Assembly: GCF_006345805.1 (NCBI RefSeq)
Contig: NC_043006.1
Location: forward strand, 59,396,001 to 59,460,000
DNA from: Octopus sinensis
Taxonomy: Eukaryota
Reading direction: 5' to 3'
DNA length: 64,000 bases
The notes beneath the pieces were generated by a model that saw only the letters and a program-made list of their open reading frames with translations, did not search any database and was not told where the DNA came from. The translations under genes and the position numbers were made by a program. Of this stretch, positions 1-12,369 are shown piece after piece. Each line of letters starts with the position of its first letter. Position 1 is the first letter of the stretch.

Positions 1-277
1 TCAAAGAAGTTTTTGGTTCTATCTCTTTCTACTTTTAAGTGCTGGGTTTTACTGGGATTTCCCTTTTAAGTAGAAAGAATAGCCAAAACTCTTTGACTGT
101 ATTTCTACTTCGGTGTGTGGTGAGGCCAAATCGTTGCTAACCCTTAATTACTTATATTACTTAAACCTTCCTTGAATGGGGCTTTTACATGCCGAAATCT
201 ACTTGGTGAAATTAATGATTATTCCAAATTAATTAATTTCACCCTATATTATTATATGTATATATATATATATATAT

Positions 278-501
278 AAAGGACTGACCACTCAAAAAGT
301 GGACGGTCAACATGCTAGATATAGACGTCAAATCGCTATTTTCCACAAAGACTATGTTCTCAAATAAAAACTCAGCACAAAACCAAAGCATTAAATATAT
401 TAAAAAATATTTTATTTGAGAACATATTCTTTGTGGAAAATAGCGATTTGACGTCTATATCTAGCATGTTGACCGTCCGCTTTTTGAGTGGTCAGTCCTT
501 T
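278..501. repeat. Inverted repeat, 92-bp arms, 40-bp spacer
   Basis: 278-369 is the reverse complement of 410-501 with 2 mismatches. Confidence 0.9.
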
Positions 502-916
502 AAATTTTGTATGTAAAAATATTTTAATCTTCGGATTTTTTAATATGCTGGGCCACTGGTTTTAATTGATTAATATCAATTTCTACCCTTATTAAATTTT
601 ATATATATATATATCACGTGATCCCGTGACCGAATAGGCTATCAGATGTTGCTACACCTCGCTGGTAACAGTGTGGTTGCACCTAACACCTGGTGAGCGG
701 AACACTTCCCTTTTGTACGAAATTGTCTTTCATTCTAAGCAATCATCATAGAGTTGAAGTGGAACACACAATTATCTCATATGATACATTAATTCTATTT
801 TTAAGACAATATTTTATAATGCATTCAGTATTTAGTAAAGCAAATCCTTGTATATTACTATTAATTTCAAACTGTTTTTTGCAATGCTAATTGTTCCGAA
901 TATCAAAATATTGCAG

Positions 917-1005
917 AGAAGAAAAGCAAAGCACTGATATATGCCCTGACACCTCTTGCAGTTTTGTTCTTCATGTTTGTTGGGTGTATTTTAATTATAG
1001 ACAAG
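917..1005 (+). CDS. Putative exon encoding a transmembrane helix (EKKSKALIYALTPLAVLFFMFVGCILIIDK), unidentified gene
   Basis: TTGCAG acceptor, AAG|GTAAGA donor, open frame with a ~22-aa hydrophobic stretch. Confidence 0.55.
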
Positions 1006-2088
1006 GTAAGATTCTTAGTATTTTCCTATTTTCTCACAATTGTGCTCTTCATCTCAACAACACCAAATCCTCACAAAAAATGGAATACCGCTCACACATT
1101 TAGGCAGTGCCTGTCAACATGTACAGAATCGAATATGAAGCCTTGTTGGTATAGAGATCTTATACATGAGTATATACTGTATATGTGTGTGTTTGTGTGT
1201 GGTTGTGGTCAAACATTTTAACTGTTAGTTTTTTTGTGTCAGCAGCTACGTGTTAAACTTCTGTGGTGTTTGATGGTTGCAAAAATAATCAAGCAAATAG
1301 ATTCAAATACATACATTAAAATAATTAACATGAGTCTATTTACATAAAAACTATCGGTCAAAAGAAAAAGGCTAAAGCTGGAACAAAGGTGCAGGTGTGG
1401 ATATGTGGTAAGAAGCTCCCTTCCCAATCACATGGTCCTGGATTCAGTCCCACAGCCTAGCTCCTTGGGTAAGTGTCTTCTACTATAGCCGCGGGCCGGT
1501 CAAAGTCTTTTGAATAGATTTGGTAGACGGAAACTGAAAAAAGCCCGCCGTATGTATATATATGTGTATATATTTGAGAGTGTTTCTGTCTTTGTCCCCC
1601 CCCCACACACACACCATCGCTTGAGAAACGATGTCGGTTTGTTAATGTCCCCGTAAGTTAACGAATCGGCAAAAAAGACCGATAGAATAAGTACTAAGAC
1701 CAAGAGTGAGAATTAGTGGTATGTCCCCATTGACCGAAAAGGCATGAGGCTGAAAGGATAGTGGCCTAAAGTCTCCGGTAGAACCATTTAATCCGGAAAG
1801 GGTAGTATTTTCTAATTCTCGTATAGGAACTTATCCATATATTTACAACCGCTGAAAATTTCAGACCTGGTATTTAGCAGTGCGTTAGAGTTCTTAGATC
1901 TAAAAAAGGGTCTGTGTTTTTTCAGCAACGCATAGCTTACATTCTTTTGATCCATTGATATATGGTGTAAACTTTTCATCTATTTTCCACATCATATATA
2001 TATATATATAATAATAAATATTAGGGAATAAATCCAAATTTACAGGGAAAAATCAGATTTAGGATTGAATCCAATTTTATAGTAAAAT

Positions 2089-2503
2089 ATTATATTATAT
2101 TAAATTAGAGACAAATCCACTATTATGCAAATCAAACAAAGAAAGACTTAAGCCAATACATAAAATAATTTATATAAATTTAGAAATTTAACAATTGTAA
2201 ATAACCACTACGATCGTTTCGTGTCTTATTTCAGCACATCTTTAAGACATTCTTCAGGTGGTTTCAAAACCTTCTTGGCGAGCTTTAAACTATGAACTCA
2301 TAGTTTAAAGCTCGCCAGAAGGTTTTGAAACCACCTGAAGAATGTCTTAAAGATGTGCTGAAATAAGACACGAAACGATCGTAGTGGTTATTTATAATTG
2401 TTAAATTTCTAAATTTATATAAATTATTTTATGTATTGGCTTAAGTCTTTCTTTGTTTGATTTGCATAATAGTGGTTTGTCTCTAATTTAATATAATATA
2501 ATA
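2089..2503. repeat. Near-perfect palindrome, arms about 205 bp, 2-nt spacer
   Basis: Centre CTATGA-AC-TCATAG at about 2296; few mismatches. Confidence 0.92.
2329..2389 (+). ncRNA. Minimal type-I hammerhead ribozyme motif (mirror copy 2203-2263 on minus)
   Basis: AACCAC-CTGAAGA-stem II(TGTCTTA/TAAGACA)-CGAAA-palindrome ACGATCGT-GTA-GTGGTT. Confidence 0.7.
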
Positions 2504-2507
2504 TATA

Positions 2508-2569
<62 letters not shown>

Positions 2570-3426
2570 ACAACACTCACACACACACATATAAACTCGT
2601 AACAGTTATATATTCCGGAGGCACACTAGTGCTCTTCCCAACATCCCAGCCAAGTAATTTCATCTGCTGCCGTGTTACAAAGGTAGCATGGAAAGCATCT
2701 TTGAGCCATTCAACATCAGATACACAAAGAATCTTCAAGATGTGTTATATGGTGCCAAAATTCTCGCTGCACTAAGTGCAACTAGTATACTGATACGATT
2801 TCACAGTATTTTATTTGGAGTGAAGAAAATTCTGACACCAAATAATGAATGTTTATGCGAAGTTAACTGCATTTTTGTTTTTTTCAGTTTTTGAATAATA
2901 TGTGCCGTTCACGCAATAATTCTTACATGTACACATACATACAAATGTAGTAACAATAATAATAATCAATGGATAGAATTTATAAATATTTTAATGTATC
3001 ACTGAGCGGGTTTCCATATATCACATATTTTTGTGACCATAGTCCGCAAAAACCCACCTGATCTCCATAGATATTACAGGTTGTATTGCAATCACCCCAG
3101 CAATGCATGTGATTCGTGGAAACGCGCGTAGTGATACCTTGAAATATTTATTAATTCCATTCAAGGTTTATTATTATTGCTATATTTATCCTACGTTAAA
3201 TCGGCACAGTTCGATACGATCTCATAAAATTGCTGTTGTAGGTTTTGGAGTCACTAGGCCGTAGCCGACATAATAAAATAGGAGATTCTACATGCGTACT
3301 TGAAAACGTTTCCCGTAAACAAACTTAGAGGATATATCCAAATATACATACATACATACATACATACATACATACATACATACATACATACAGACACACA
3401 CACACACACAGATGTATATACATATA

Positions 3427-3471
<45 letters not shown>

Positions 3472-3888
3472 GAGCAAAACGCCCCCCCGTTCAATGGATG
3501 GTGCTGAGTTGTAAAACATTTAAACCAAATTTCCTCAAAACTTGTCCGACCGTCCCATAAGACTTTGCGAAACACTGATTTAACCTATATTTGAGACATC
3601 AGCAAAAGAAGAAATAAAGATAGACTTTTTTTATATTCCAAAGAAAAACGATTTTATTCGCTCAAATATGCAACCGAAGAGTTTAAAGTACCAGTAAGTA
3701 CATCGCAACAGCTGATGTACTTGCGCGTACAAATCCACGTTCCCACGGCTTTATCGATCGCATTCTCACCTGGAATCGATTTTTGTAATCTTTTCAAGAC
3801 TTATACACGCCTTGATACCGTCGGTATCTACATATCAAATTTGAGCGCAATCGGATGAAGGATGCCCGAGATTCTAGAAGACACACAT

Positions 3889-3925
<37 letters not shown>

Positions 3926-3960
3926 ACGGATTTTATATTATATATATATATATATATATT
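3472..3960 (+). mobile_element. Possible non-autonomous Helitron/HINE-like element
   Basis: CAAATTTGAG..AATCGG block, then (GACA)n and TTTTATA(TA)n; architecture only. Confidence 0.35.
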
Positions 3961-4061
3961 GGGCGCGTAGGTTTGTGTGTGTACATAATATAATATATTA
4001 TGTTATATATGGTATGCAGCGTGGCCGCAGTCTAATGCCTGAAACAATTACAAGAGTAAAA

Positions 4062-4106
<45 letters not shown>

Positions 4107-4133
4107 GTGTGTGTGTGTGGTGTGTGTGTGTCC

Positions 4134-4168
<35 letters not shown>

Positions 4169-4206
4169 ATATTCAATACATATATAATCAAAATTTGTTT
4201 TTTCAG

Positions 4207-4248
4207 GTCGATCAAATTACTGAAAATTCACAACAGAAGAAAGAATAA
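4207..4248 (+). CDS. Putative terminal exon (VDQITENSQQKKE*) of the same gene
   Basis: TTTTTTCAG acceptor; phase 0 matches the 1005 donor; AATAAA at about 4334. Confidence 0.4.
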   Translation, partial: VDQITENSQQKKE

Positions 4249-4642
4249 TTTCATATATATATTTTTCATGCAAGTTATGTACATATTTCAACTTCATGTA
4301 TGAACTGGATTAAATAATATCAAATCCATTTAGTAATAAATCGATTTATAAATGTGTCTGTTTGCCATATTTTCTAGAAGAGTCAACTGATAACTCGCTC
4401 CCACATTATGGTGTTTTTTTTTTTTTAAGTACGCAGCCTTTTCAAAGAGTATTATTTTCTAACTCCACCAATTTTTAAAATTGTGTCAAAAATCGTATAT
4501 TTTACGCAATCGTGGATGCCGAGGTGATTGTTTCATGATTGCTAATAGTTATTCTTTTTGCATCTATCATCGCTATGAGAAGGACTATAATATATTTAAG
4601 CACATTCATTTTCAATGGAGTGTACTTTGAAGTATTCCAGTA

Positions 4643-5000
4643 GGCGCAGGAGTGGCTGTGTGGTAAATAGCTTGCTTACCACCCACATGGTTCCGGGCTA
4701 AGTCTTCTACTATAGCCTCAGGCCGACCAAAGCCTTGTGAGTGGATTTAGTAGAGGGAAACTGAAAGAAGCCTGTCGTATATATATATGTATATATTTGT
4801 GTGTCTGTGTTTGTTCCCCCACCATCAATTGATAGCCGATGTTGGTGTGTTTACGTCCCCGTAACCTAGCGGTTCAGCAAAAGAGACCGATGGAATAAGT
4901 ACTAGGCTTACAAAGAACAAGTCCTATGGTCGATTTGCTCGACTAAAGGTGGTGCTCCAGTAGGGCTGCAGTCAAATGACTGAAGCAAATAACAGAATAA
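4643..5000 (+). mobile_element. SINE family A (tRNA-derived), empty-site copy. Other copies: about 1387-1720 +, 23865-24150 -, 28375-28615 -, 35285-35385 -, 49140-49590 -, 57835-58285 +, 58460-58670 -, 60537-60985 +
   Basis: A box TGGCTGTGTGG, internal (TA)/(TG) run, tail with CAGTC-AAAT-GACTG hairpin; B box GGTTCAGTCCC is seen in other copies but deleted in this one. Confidence 0.88.
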
Positions 5001-5473
5001 AATACGAGAACAATAAAGAATAGTAGTCTGCATTAGAACGAAAATTAGTTACAGCGTTGGACAAAATACCTTTTCATCAACTTTGGCATTTATCCTTCCG
5101 GGAATGCTTGAATGAAGTACCAGTTAAACACTGGGGTCAATATAATCGATGACAGTCTTTGTTAAAAAAATCACAGTGCAAGTGTGCAAGTGTCTTCAAC
5201 TATAACTTCGGTCCGACAAAAACCTTGTGTATAGATTTGTTACAAAGAAATTGAAAGCTGCCCATTGCATATATATGGGGGGGGGGGCAAAAATTAAGAA
5301 TGACCTGTAGTCAGGAAAATACACATCACAATATCAATAAGATTTACGCTCAGGAAAATACAAGGAACATCTTTACTATTTTCTGCATATGCTCTTCTAT
5401 AGAACGAAAAAAGCGCAGGAGTGGCTGTGTGGATAGGCGCAGGAGTGGCTGTGTGGTAAGTAGCTTGCTAACC

Positions 5474-7582
5474 TTCGTCTGAGTTAGACGTGTATTTTGG
5501 AGCTGCTTCAGATGTCACGTGTTAACGTGAAATATTGAACTTTTGACTCGACTACAGGTAGGCGTTTTGTATTTTTGGGAGTTTAGTGAAGTTTTATTGC
5601 TTGCATTTGATGTTTTTTTAGCATTGAATATTTTTTAGCAGATAATAAAACTCCACTTTGCTCCAGATATAATTTTGCTGCCTGTTGTCGAGTTTAAAGA
5701 GAATTGTATTTTTAAAGCGGCGTAGTCCGTCTGCAAAAATAGTTTTTGAAATTGTCTTTGTGTTATCCACGGGAATTACCAAGGAGTACCAAAGATTATT
5801 TTACCAAGGTGTTTTACCAACTGTGCATTTGGCCTGGAATACAATTTTTTGGCCGAAAAAAAGTGAAAACAAAAAAAGAAAAAATTATTTCCTTTGCCTG
5901 GATTTGAACTCTCTTTCTCCGTCTATCATTTATTCTTAAAAAAGAACTTTTTTTGAACTGCTATTTCTATTTTTATTTCTTCTCTTCTGTTGCATTTTTC
6001 ATTCTCCTTTCTGTGTCTTATTTTATGTTATCACATTTTGAACTGTTTTTTCTTACGTTATGGCAAAGAAATTCACTGTGTGGGAATTGACACCTCCCCA
6101 AAAATATTTGAATGACCTCGAGGACAAAACCGTGGTGTTGAGGACGTATTCAAAGTCGCTCAACACCATAATGGTTTTCCCAAAAGACACTATTGTTGGC
6201 GAGCTGGCAGACTATATGCCAGCCGTTAAATACATTCAACGGGGAGCCAAATACACAACGGTTTGGTTGCTGTTTGACTCCCCAAAAGATGCTTGCGAGT
6301 TTGCAAGCAGGCCCATTGAGGGCAAAGAAATCTTGTTTCTCCCTAGTTACAAGGGAGAAAAATTGACAAGACTGTGGGTCTGCGGCCTGCCACCCGACAT
6401 TGAACCCGAGTGAATAGAACAATCTATCTGCCGGGGTCTGGGTGACAGGGACGCAAAAATCCTAAATGTCAATGTACAGCCTGCGGCTGATTGGGAGGGG
6501 TCTAAGGCAACCTTAACCCTATGGACCCAGTCAACCAAGAGTCTGGTTTTACCGGACTTTTTGAGAATGGCCGGGTCCAAGTATCCGGTGATGCTTGAGG
6601 GACGCCCCCCCCCCCAAGTGTCACCTGTGTTTGGAGACCGGCCACATCAAGAAGAGCTGCCCCAGGGACCAGAGTAGGATCCTGGAGCGGCTGATATTGG
6701 AGCCTCTCCCTGCATCTTCAATGGAGGGAGAGAAGCAAAGTGAGGAGGGGGAAAATCCTCCTCCAAAAGAAAGAGAAAGGCGGGGAGCAATGGCGACCCA
6801 CCAAAGGACCCGAAAGCTGCGGGAGAGGAGAACCCGGTGCGCACAGCTCCGGAACCTCAGCCTCCCGTGGCCCAGGGCCAGAAGAAAAAGAAAAAGAAAA
6901 AGAGAAACGGAGCGTCGCCGGCGGATTGCTACACGCAGACGGCGGTTCCCGAGTATCCCGGGTCCTCTCAGGCGGGTGTGCCACCTGAGGGACTATTCGT
7001 GGAAGATTTTGTGCTCCTCTTTTTCAAAGGAAAAAAGGTGGAAAGCACCGTGAAAAAAGTGAGAAAGAGAGGACATTGGGAGGTAATCCGCTCCTGTGTG
7101 GAAAACCCCGAGTGGCCTTCGCAGTTAGCTGCGGGGGTCGTGGGAAGGGCTGATCTACACAGGATCGTGGCTTCCTGCCCAGCGGACTCCTTCCAGACTA
7201 TACCACTGGACACCGGCCTGACCAGCGAGTATTGCCTCAATGAGGCAAGAGCAATGGTCGGCCGGGTCACTTAGGCGGTGTAACATCTTTGTAACATGTG
7301 GAAGAGGAGGTTCGTTGCCTCCTCTAAAATATGTAATTTGATATCATGTGAACATTTTGTAACATTTTGAAGAGGAGGTTTATTGCCTCCTCTAAAATTT
7401 GTAACTTGTAATCATTGTATTAAATGTAATTATTGAACATTGTTTTAGAGAAGCAAAAGTCGGCGGGCGCTTTCTGACTTCTCCCATCACCATCTTCATC
7501 CACCACCACCATCATCCATTAATGTCTTTGTCCAGCCCGTAGCTACTCTGTGTGCTGCCCTTGTGGCAAATTAAATGAAATA
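5474..7582 (+). mobile_element. ORF1-only non-LTR retroelement copy 1 (HAL1/Tx1-ORF1-like), inserted in the head of SINE family A
   Basis: 16-bp TSD AAGTAGCTTGCTAACC at 5458-5473 and 7583-7598; degraded ORF1 at 6060-7274; A-rich 3' end; no RT/EN. Confidence 0.9.
6060..7274 (+). pseudogene. Gag/ORF1-like protein of copy 1 (CCHC knuckle, basic tract, C-terminal domain)
   Basis: One W->stop at 6411-6413 and frameshifts (polyC about 6604-6615, and about 6800-6840); GRPP-KCHLCLETGHIKKSC. Confidence 0.85.
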
Positions 7583-7733
7583 AAGTAGCTTGCTAACCAA
7601 CCACATGGTTCCGGGTTCAGTCCCACTGCGTGGCATCTTGGGCAAGTGTCTTCTGCTATAGCCCCGGGCCGACCAATGCCTTGTGAGTGGATTTGGTAGA
7701 CGGAAACTGAAAGAAGCCTGTCGTATATATGTA

Positions 7734-7764
<31 letters not shown>

Positions 7765-7965
7765 TTCTGTGTTTGTCCCCCTAGCATTGCTTGACAACCA
7801 ATTCTGGTGTGTTTACGTCCCCATCACTTAGCGGTTCGGCAGAAGAGACCGATAGAATAAGTACTAGGCTTACAAAGAATAAGTCCCGGGGTCGATTTGC
7901 TCGACTAAAGGCGGTGCTCCAGCATGGCCGCAGTCAAATGACTGAAACAAGTAAAAGAGAGTAAA
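7583..7965 (+). mobile_element. 3' part of the SINE-A host of copy 1 (5' part at 5413-5473)
   Basis: Continues exactly where the head stops. Confidence 0.92.
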
Positions 7966-10900
7966 GAGAAAAAAGCAGTTGGAGATTTGAACAAACGTGT
8001 TTCAATTCGACGCTCACCACATGCTGAAATGACCGGAAATAGGACGAGGTTGTTACGGGTGTGAGTGACAAGGAGGACAACTTGAAGGGCGACTTATGAC
8101 GTGGGTGGCAAGGGGGCAACTACGAACGTGGCTTAAGTGTGCGTGTGTATTTGTGTGTGAGTACGCGCATTTTGTGTATTTGTGTGTGAGTGCATGTGTA
8201 TGAATGTGATTGTGTGAGTGAGTTCATATTTTCTTCGTCTACATATATGTTCGTTCGCCGATTATAAACAATGCTTTCGCTAATGGTATCAGTTGTTTCC
8301 TGGTCTCCGCGTAAAAATGTCCAGGCTGTTAGTTGTTCGATAGACTAGGAGATTAATACCTCACTTGGAAATCGATGGGGCCTGGACGATAAGAAGGGCA
8401 TCTGTACGTGGGGAACCCTGTCCCAACATACTTTCTTCTGAACCATGCAAGCATAAAGACGTCAACGTCAAAAGGGCTATGTCGACGACGACGGCGATGA
8501 TAATGATGATGGTTTTATAAGACAGGGCCAACGTACAGAAATAGAAGTAAGTTGAGTACAAGTCACCGATATTAGCAAGGGAATACTGAAGGACAGGGAT
8601 GCTGAATAACGTTTGTCTAAAAATATTCATTAAGTATATCAGAACATACTTTCTGTTGCTGTTACAACTGCTGCACCAAATACAATTTTCAGAATGCATA
8701 CCGTTATGTAACATGGGCTTTGTTGGATATTATTATTGGTTTTAAAAATAATAAATAAATGCGCCCTTTTAAATCCTAGCCATGCTCATGGGACCGGTTT
8801 CCCGGTTTCAATGACGTATGTGTTCCCCAGCTGGACGGGACGCCAGTCCATCGCAGCGTTACTCATTTTTGCCAGCTGCGTGGACTGGAGCAACGTGAAA
8901 TGAAGTGTTTTGCTCAAGAACACAACGCGTCGCCCGGTCCAGGAATCGAAACCACAATCTTACGATCATGATGTTGACACCCTAACTACTAAGCTACGCG
9001 CTTCCACATTATTGGTATTAGTTAACGTTTATTCAAATTACGACTATGATGCGTATATTACATTATTTATAAGGCTTATAGTTCATAACTTTCGCGCGCC
9101 CTTCGATATCAGTTTGATTGATCGGGTTTATTTTCAACTAATGGAAAAATCGAAGGCAATAAAAGACACTTTAGCAGGAAAACTATAAATACTGTAACGA
9201 GTAGGTTAAGAAAATTCAGATTTGAAATAATTTCTTTCGTGATCATGTGGTCGGCAAGCAAGATAGAGAAAAACAAAGAGAAGACAAAGAGAGAAAGATG
9301 GAGATGGGAATACATGGAAGAGGACTTTGTGAAAAGTTTTAGTTGAGGAGAAAGGGGAACACGAAGACATACACAATCATGCATACATAGATACATAGAT
9401 ACATACATACATGAGTACATACATGCGTACATACATACATACATACATACATACATACATACATACATACATACATACATACATGCATACATACATACAT
9501 ACATACATACATACATACAACCGTTCAAGAATTTGGACCTGGAGATTTCCATTTCCAGCGACTTCGAGGGCCACCTCCCAGTGGTGTCGAGCGTCAACGA
9601 AGAACCCTCGACTACAACAAGACGACCAAAGTGTTTTTTCTCCAAGGTCTGGGGTCTCCCGCCCCTAAGCCCTAGATCATCACCTAATCACCCTTACCCG
9701 TCTTGTTGCTTAACAACAACAACTACATACATACATACCCCGTTGTTGATGTTGAAATTCCAAAGGAGGAGTCTTAGACCTAGGTTAGAAACCGGTTCTT
9801 TCTCTATTGGCAAGAAATCTTGAAATAAACTGAATAATGACATACATAGATACATACAGACATATGATTTATTGTATACTAACAAACTATTCATTATTGG
9901 TAGGAGACCTTCCGTTCATTTACAGATGGTCTACTGTATATTGGATAAATGGTGGATTGTATGTAGATAGATCACATACTGTAAATTTACCGTTGAGTTA
10001 CGCAATACTGACCAATCAAATGTGTAAGTTGTATATCAACTAGTTCATTGAGAACTGTATATACTGATAGGTGACCTTCAGAAAAATTATACAAAGTCAA
10101 ATTCCAATATTTTGAAGATTCTAAAAAATAATTGATTTGCATGGAAAAATAAAATTGTATGGGACTGAGCATGAGGTGGCAATTAAACGGGCTAATAAAT
10201 ATGTAGTGAAATGTGTAGGCATCCGTCTTTATGTTCTGAGTTCAAATTACGCTGAGGTCGACTTTTTCCTTTAATCCTTTTAGGGTCGATAAAATAAATA
10301 CCAATTGAACATCAGTCGATGTAGTCGACTTACCCACCGAAATTGCTGGCCTTGTGCTAAAATTTGAAACCAATATGTCCTGAAATGTTGATTAGTGAAA
10401 ATAAAGAGTAAAAGAGAAATGGTAAAGTTCGAAAAGTATTCTAAGAAAAGTCATGAAAATAATAATGTGTTTTTAGGAGAAAAACCATAGCAAATTTATA
10501 AGTGATGTTACTGACTTGAAATTTAAAATAACCTCTCGCTACAGACTACAGAAATCATTTTATCTAAATTGCTGAAACCTTGTTAGTACCATAGACACCG
10601 ATATACACTCACACAAAAGAAGGCAGCGAGCTGGCAGAAACGTTAGCACGGCGGGCGAAATGCGCAGCCGTATTTCGTCAGTCGTTACGTTCCGAGTTCA
10701 AATTCCGCCGAGGTCGACTTTTCCTTTCATCCTTTCGGGGTCGATAAATTAAGTACCAGTTACGCACTGGGGTCGATCTAATCGACTTAATCCCTTTGTC
10801 TGTCCTTGTTTGGTCCCTCTGTGTTTAGCCTCTTGTGGTTAGTAAAGAAATATATACACAAACACACACGATATATGAGATATTATCTTAGTATGTTTCC

Positions 10901-12369
10901 ACCTACCGTTTGCATCATGCGAAGAGCAGTGGCACAAGAGAAAGAGAGGATAAGAGTGATAGGGAATACTCCAAAGTAAAAAGGAAGAGAAGTTAAAGAG
11001 AGCATTGTGGTAAATGATGGCGGTGAGTGTAATTACATTGCTCGACGACAATTACTTGCACTAAGGCGCATGCGTTAAATCATTCAGTATTTTTTTTTTT
11101 TTTTTAATTTCAGTTAAAAATATTTTGTCAAGTGTGAAGTTGTAAAAACAGAAATCTTGAAACTATTCTGAATTTGGAACGTGGTCTTTCTTTTATTAAA
11201 TTAATGTAGAATTCCTTTATTTTATGGTTTAAAATTCTTTTCGAACCTACTGTATTCACTATGCACTCCATTTATATTCTACTTCGTTTACAAAATATTG
11301 ATTTACCAACATCTGTCACTTTGTATTATTATTTTCCAGCAGCAAAGTTCATTTACTTAATACAGCGTTCTTTTGTTACTAATAAATATTCTATTTTGTT
11401 TATCCTCCTATAACCACTGTAACTATCTCAGCATTTTATTCATTATTTGTTTTATTTCTTCTAGAATCTATACGCATTTAAATAGTAATATATCACAAAT
11501 CGTGTTGATATTTTTTTTTACGAAAGCGGTGAAAGCTAAACTACACACATATTTCCAAATCTCTTGTCTTTTGCGTTTTCTTTTCAACCATAGTTCTGTT
11601 TGTTTGCTTGTATAATTTCGATTACTATTCTACACCCAATATTTCTGTGACAACTATAGCCCTGCGATACGACAAGTTTGGTCGACTAATCTATGATAAA
11701 GGGTATTTTGTCATGACCATCTCATTTTATTTTTCGAGTACATTTTCCTATATATCTTCCTGCTCTTTTAAGATGGCAGGACGTCATCTGAGGAAGATTT
11801 GGCTGCTATTTCTAACAGGCCAAGTTACCATATACAGGCTTTCTCGATTTCCGACAGTGTAATGTTATTTATTCCTATCGAAATTTCCAGCAAATGATTA
11901 AATTTTCTAACTACTAAGAATAACTTACTCCTTTCAGTTCTTCTAACTGATGGTATTTTGATTTAATAAAGCTTTCTGATTCCTCCCATATTTGGACCAT
12001 CACTTCAAGTTTTCAAATTCATTTATATTCTAACAACTCTCTGCACGATTAGATTACATATTCTTCCTAATCTCCATCTAATAAAACAAAATAAAATATA
12101 CCTTATAATCACCAAACAGAGCATACTGTATACATACACCACCCAATCAAATAACACATTGCTTTATGTAAACAATACCTATAACATCATTAAATCACAG
12201 GAGAAACTTTTCTATAGAATTGCCGCTCAATAATATAACACAACTCACAAAAGTCATACATGACGTATTCAACCAAAATAACCACTCGAGAATGAACACT
12301 CCTCATGCCATAGATACGAAAACAACAACTGTCCCTACAAAAGGAGTTAATTCACATTAAACACATTGC

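Noticed and set aside
5554-5562. Conserved ACAG|GTAGG as a 5' UTR intron donor in the ORF1 elements
   Set aside because: No matching acceptor before the ATG in copy 1, and an intron would be lost on retrotransposition.
7442-7450. GTTTTAGAG resembling a Cas9 CRISPR repeat start (also in copy 2)
   Set aside because: No repeat-spacer array; eukaryotic retroelement 3' UTR.
8455-8552. Possible exon ...GYVDDDGDDNDDGFIRQGQRTEIE|GTAAGT
   Set aside because: No convincing acceptor and an in-frame stop just upstream.
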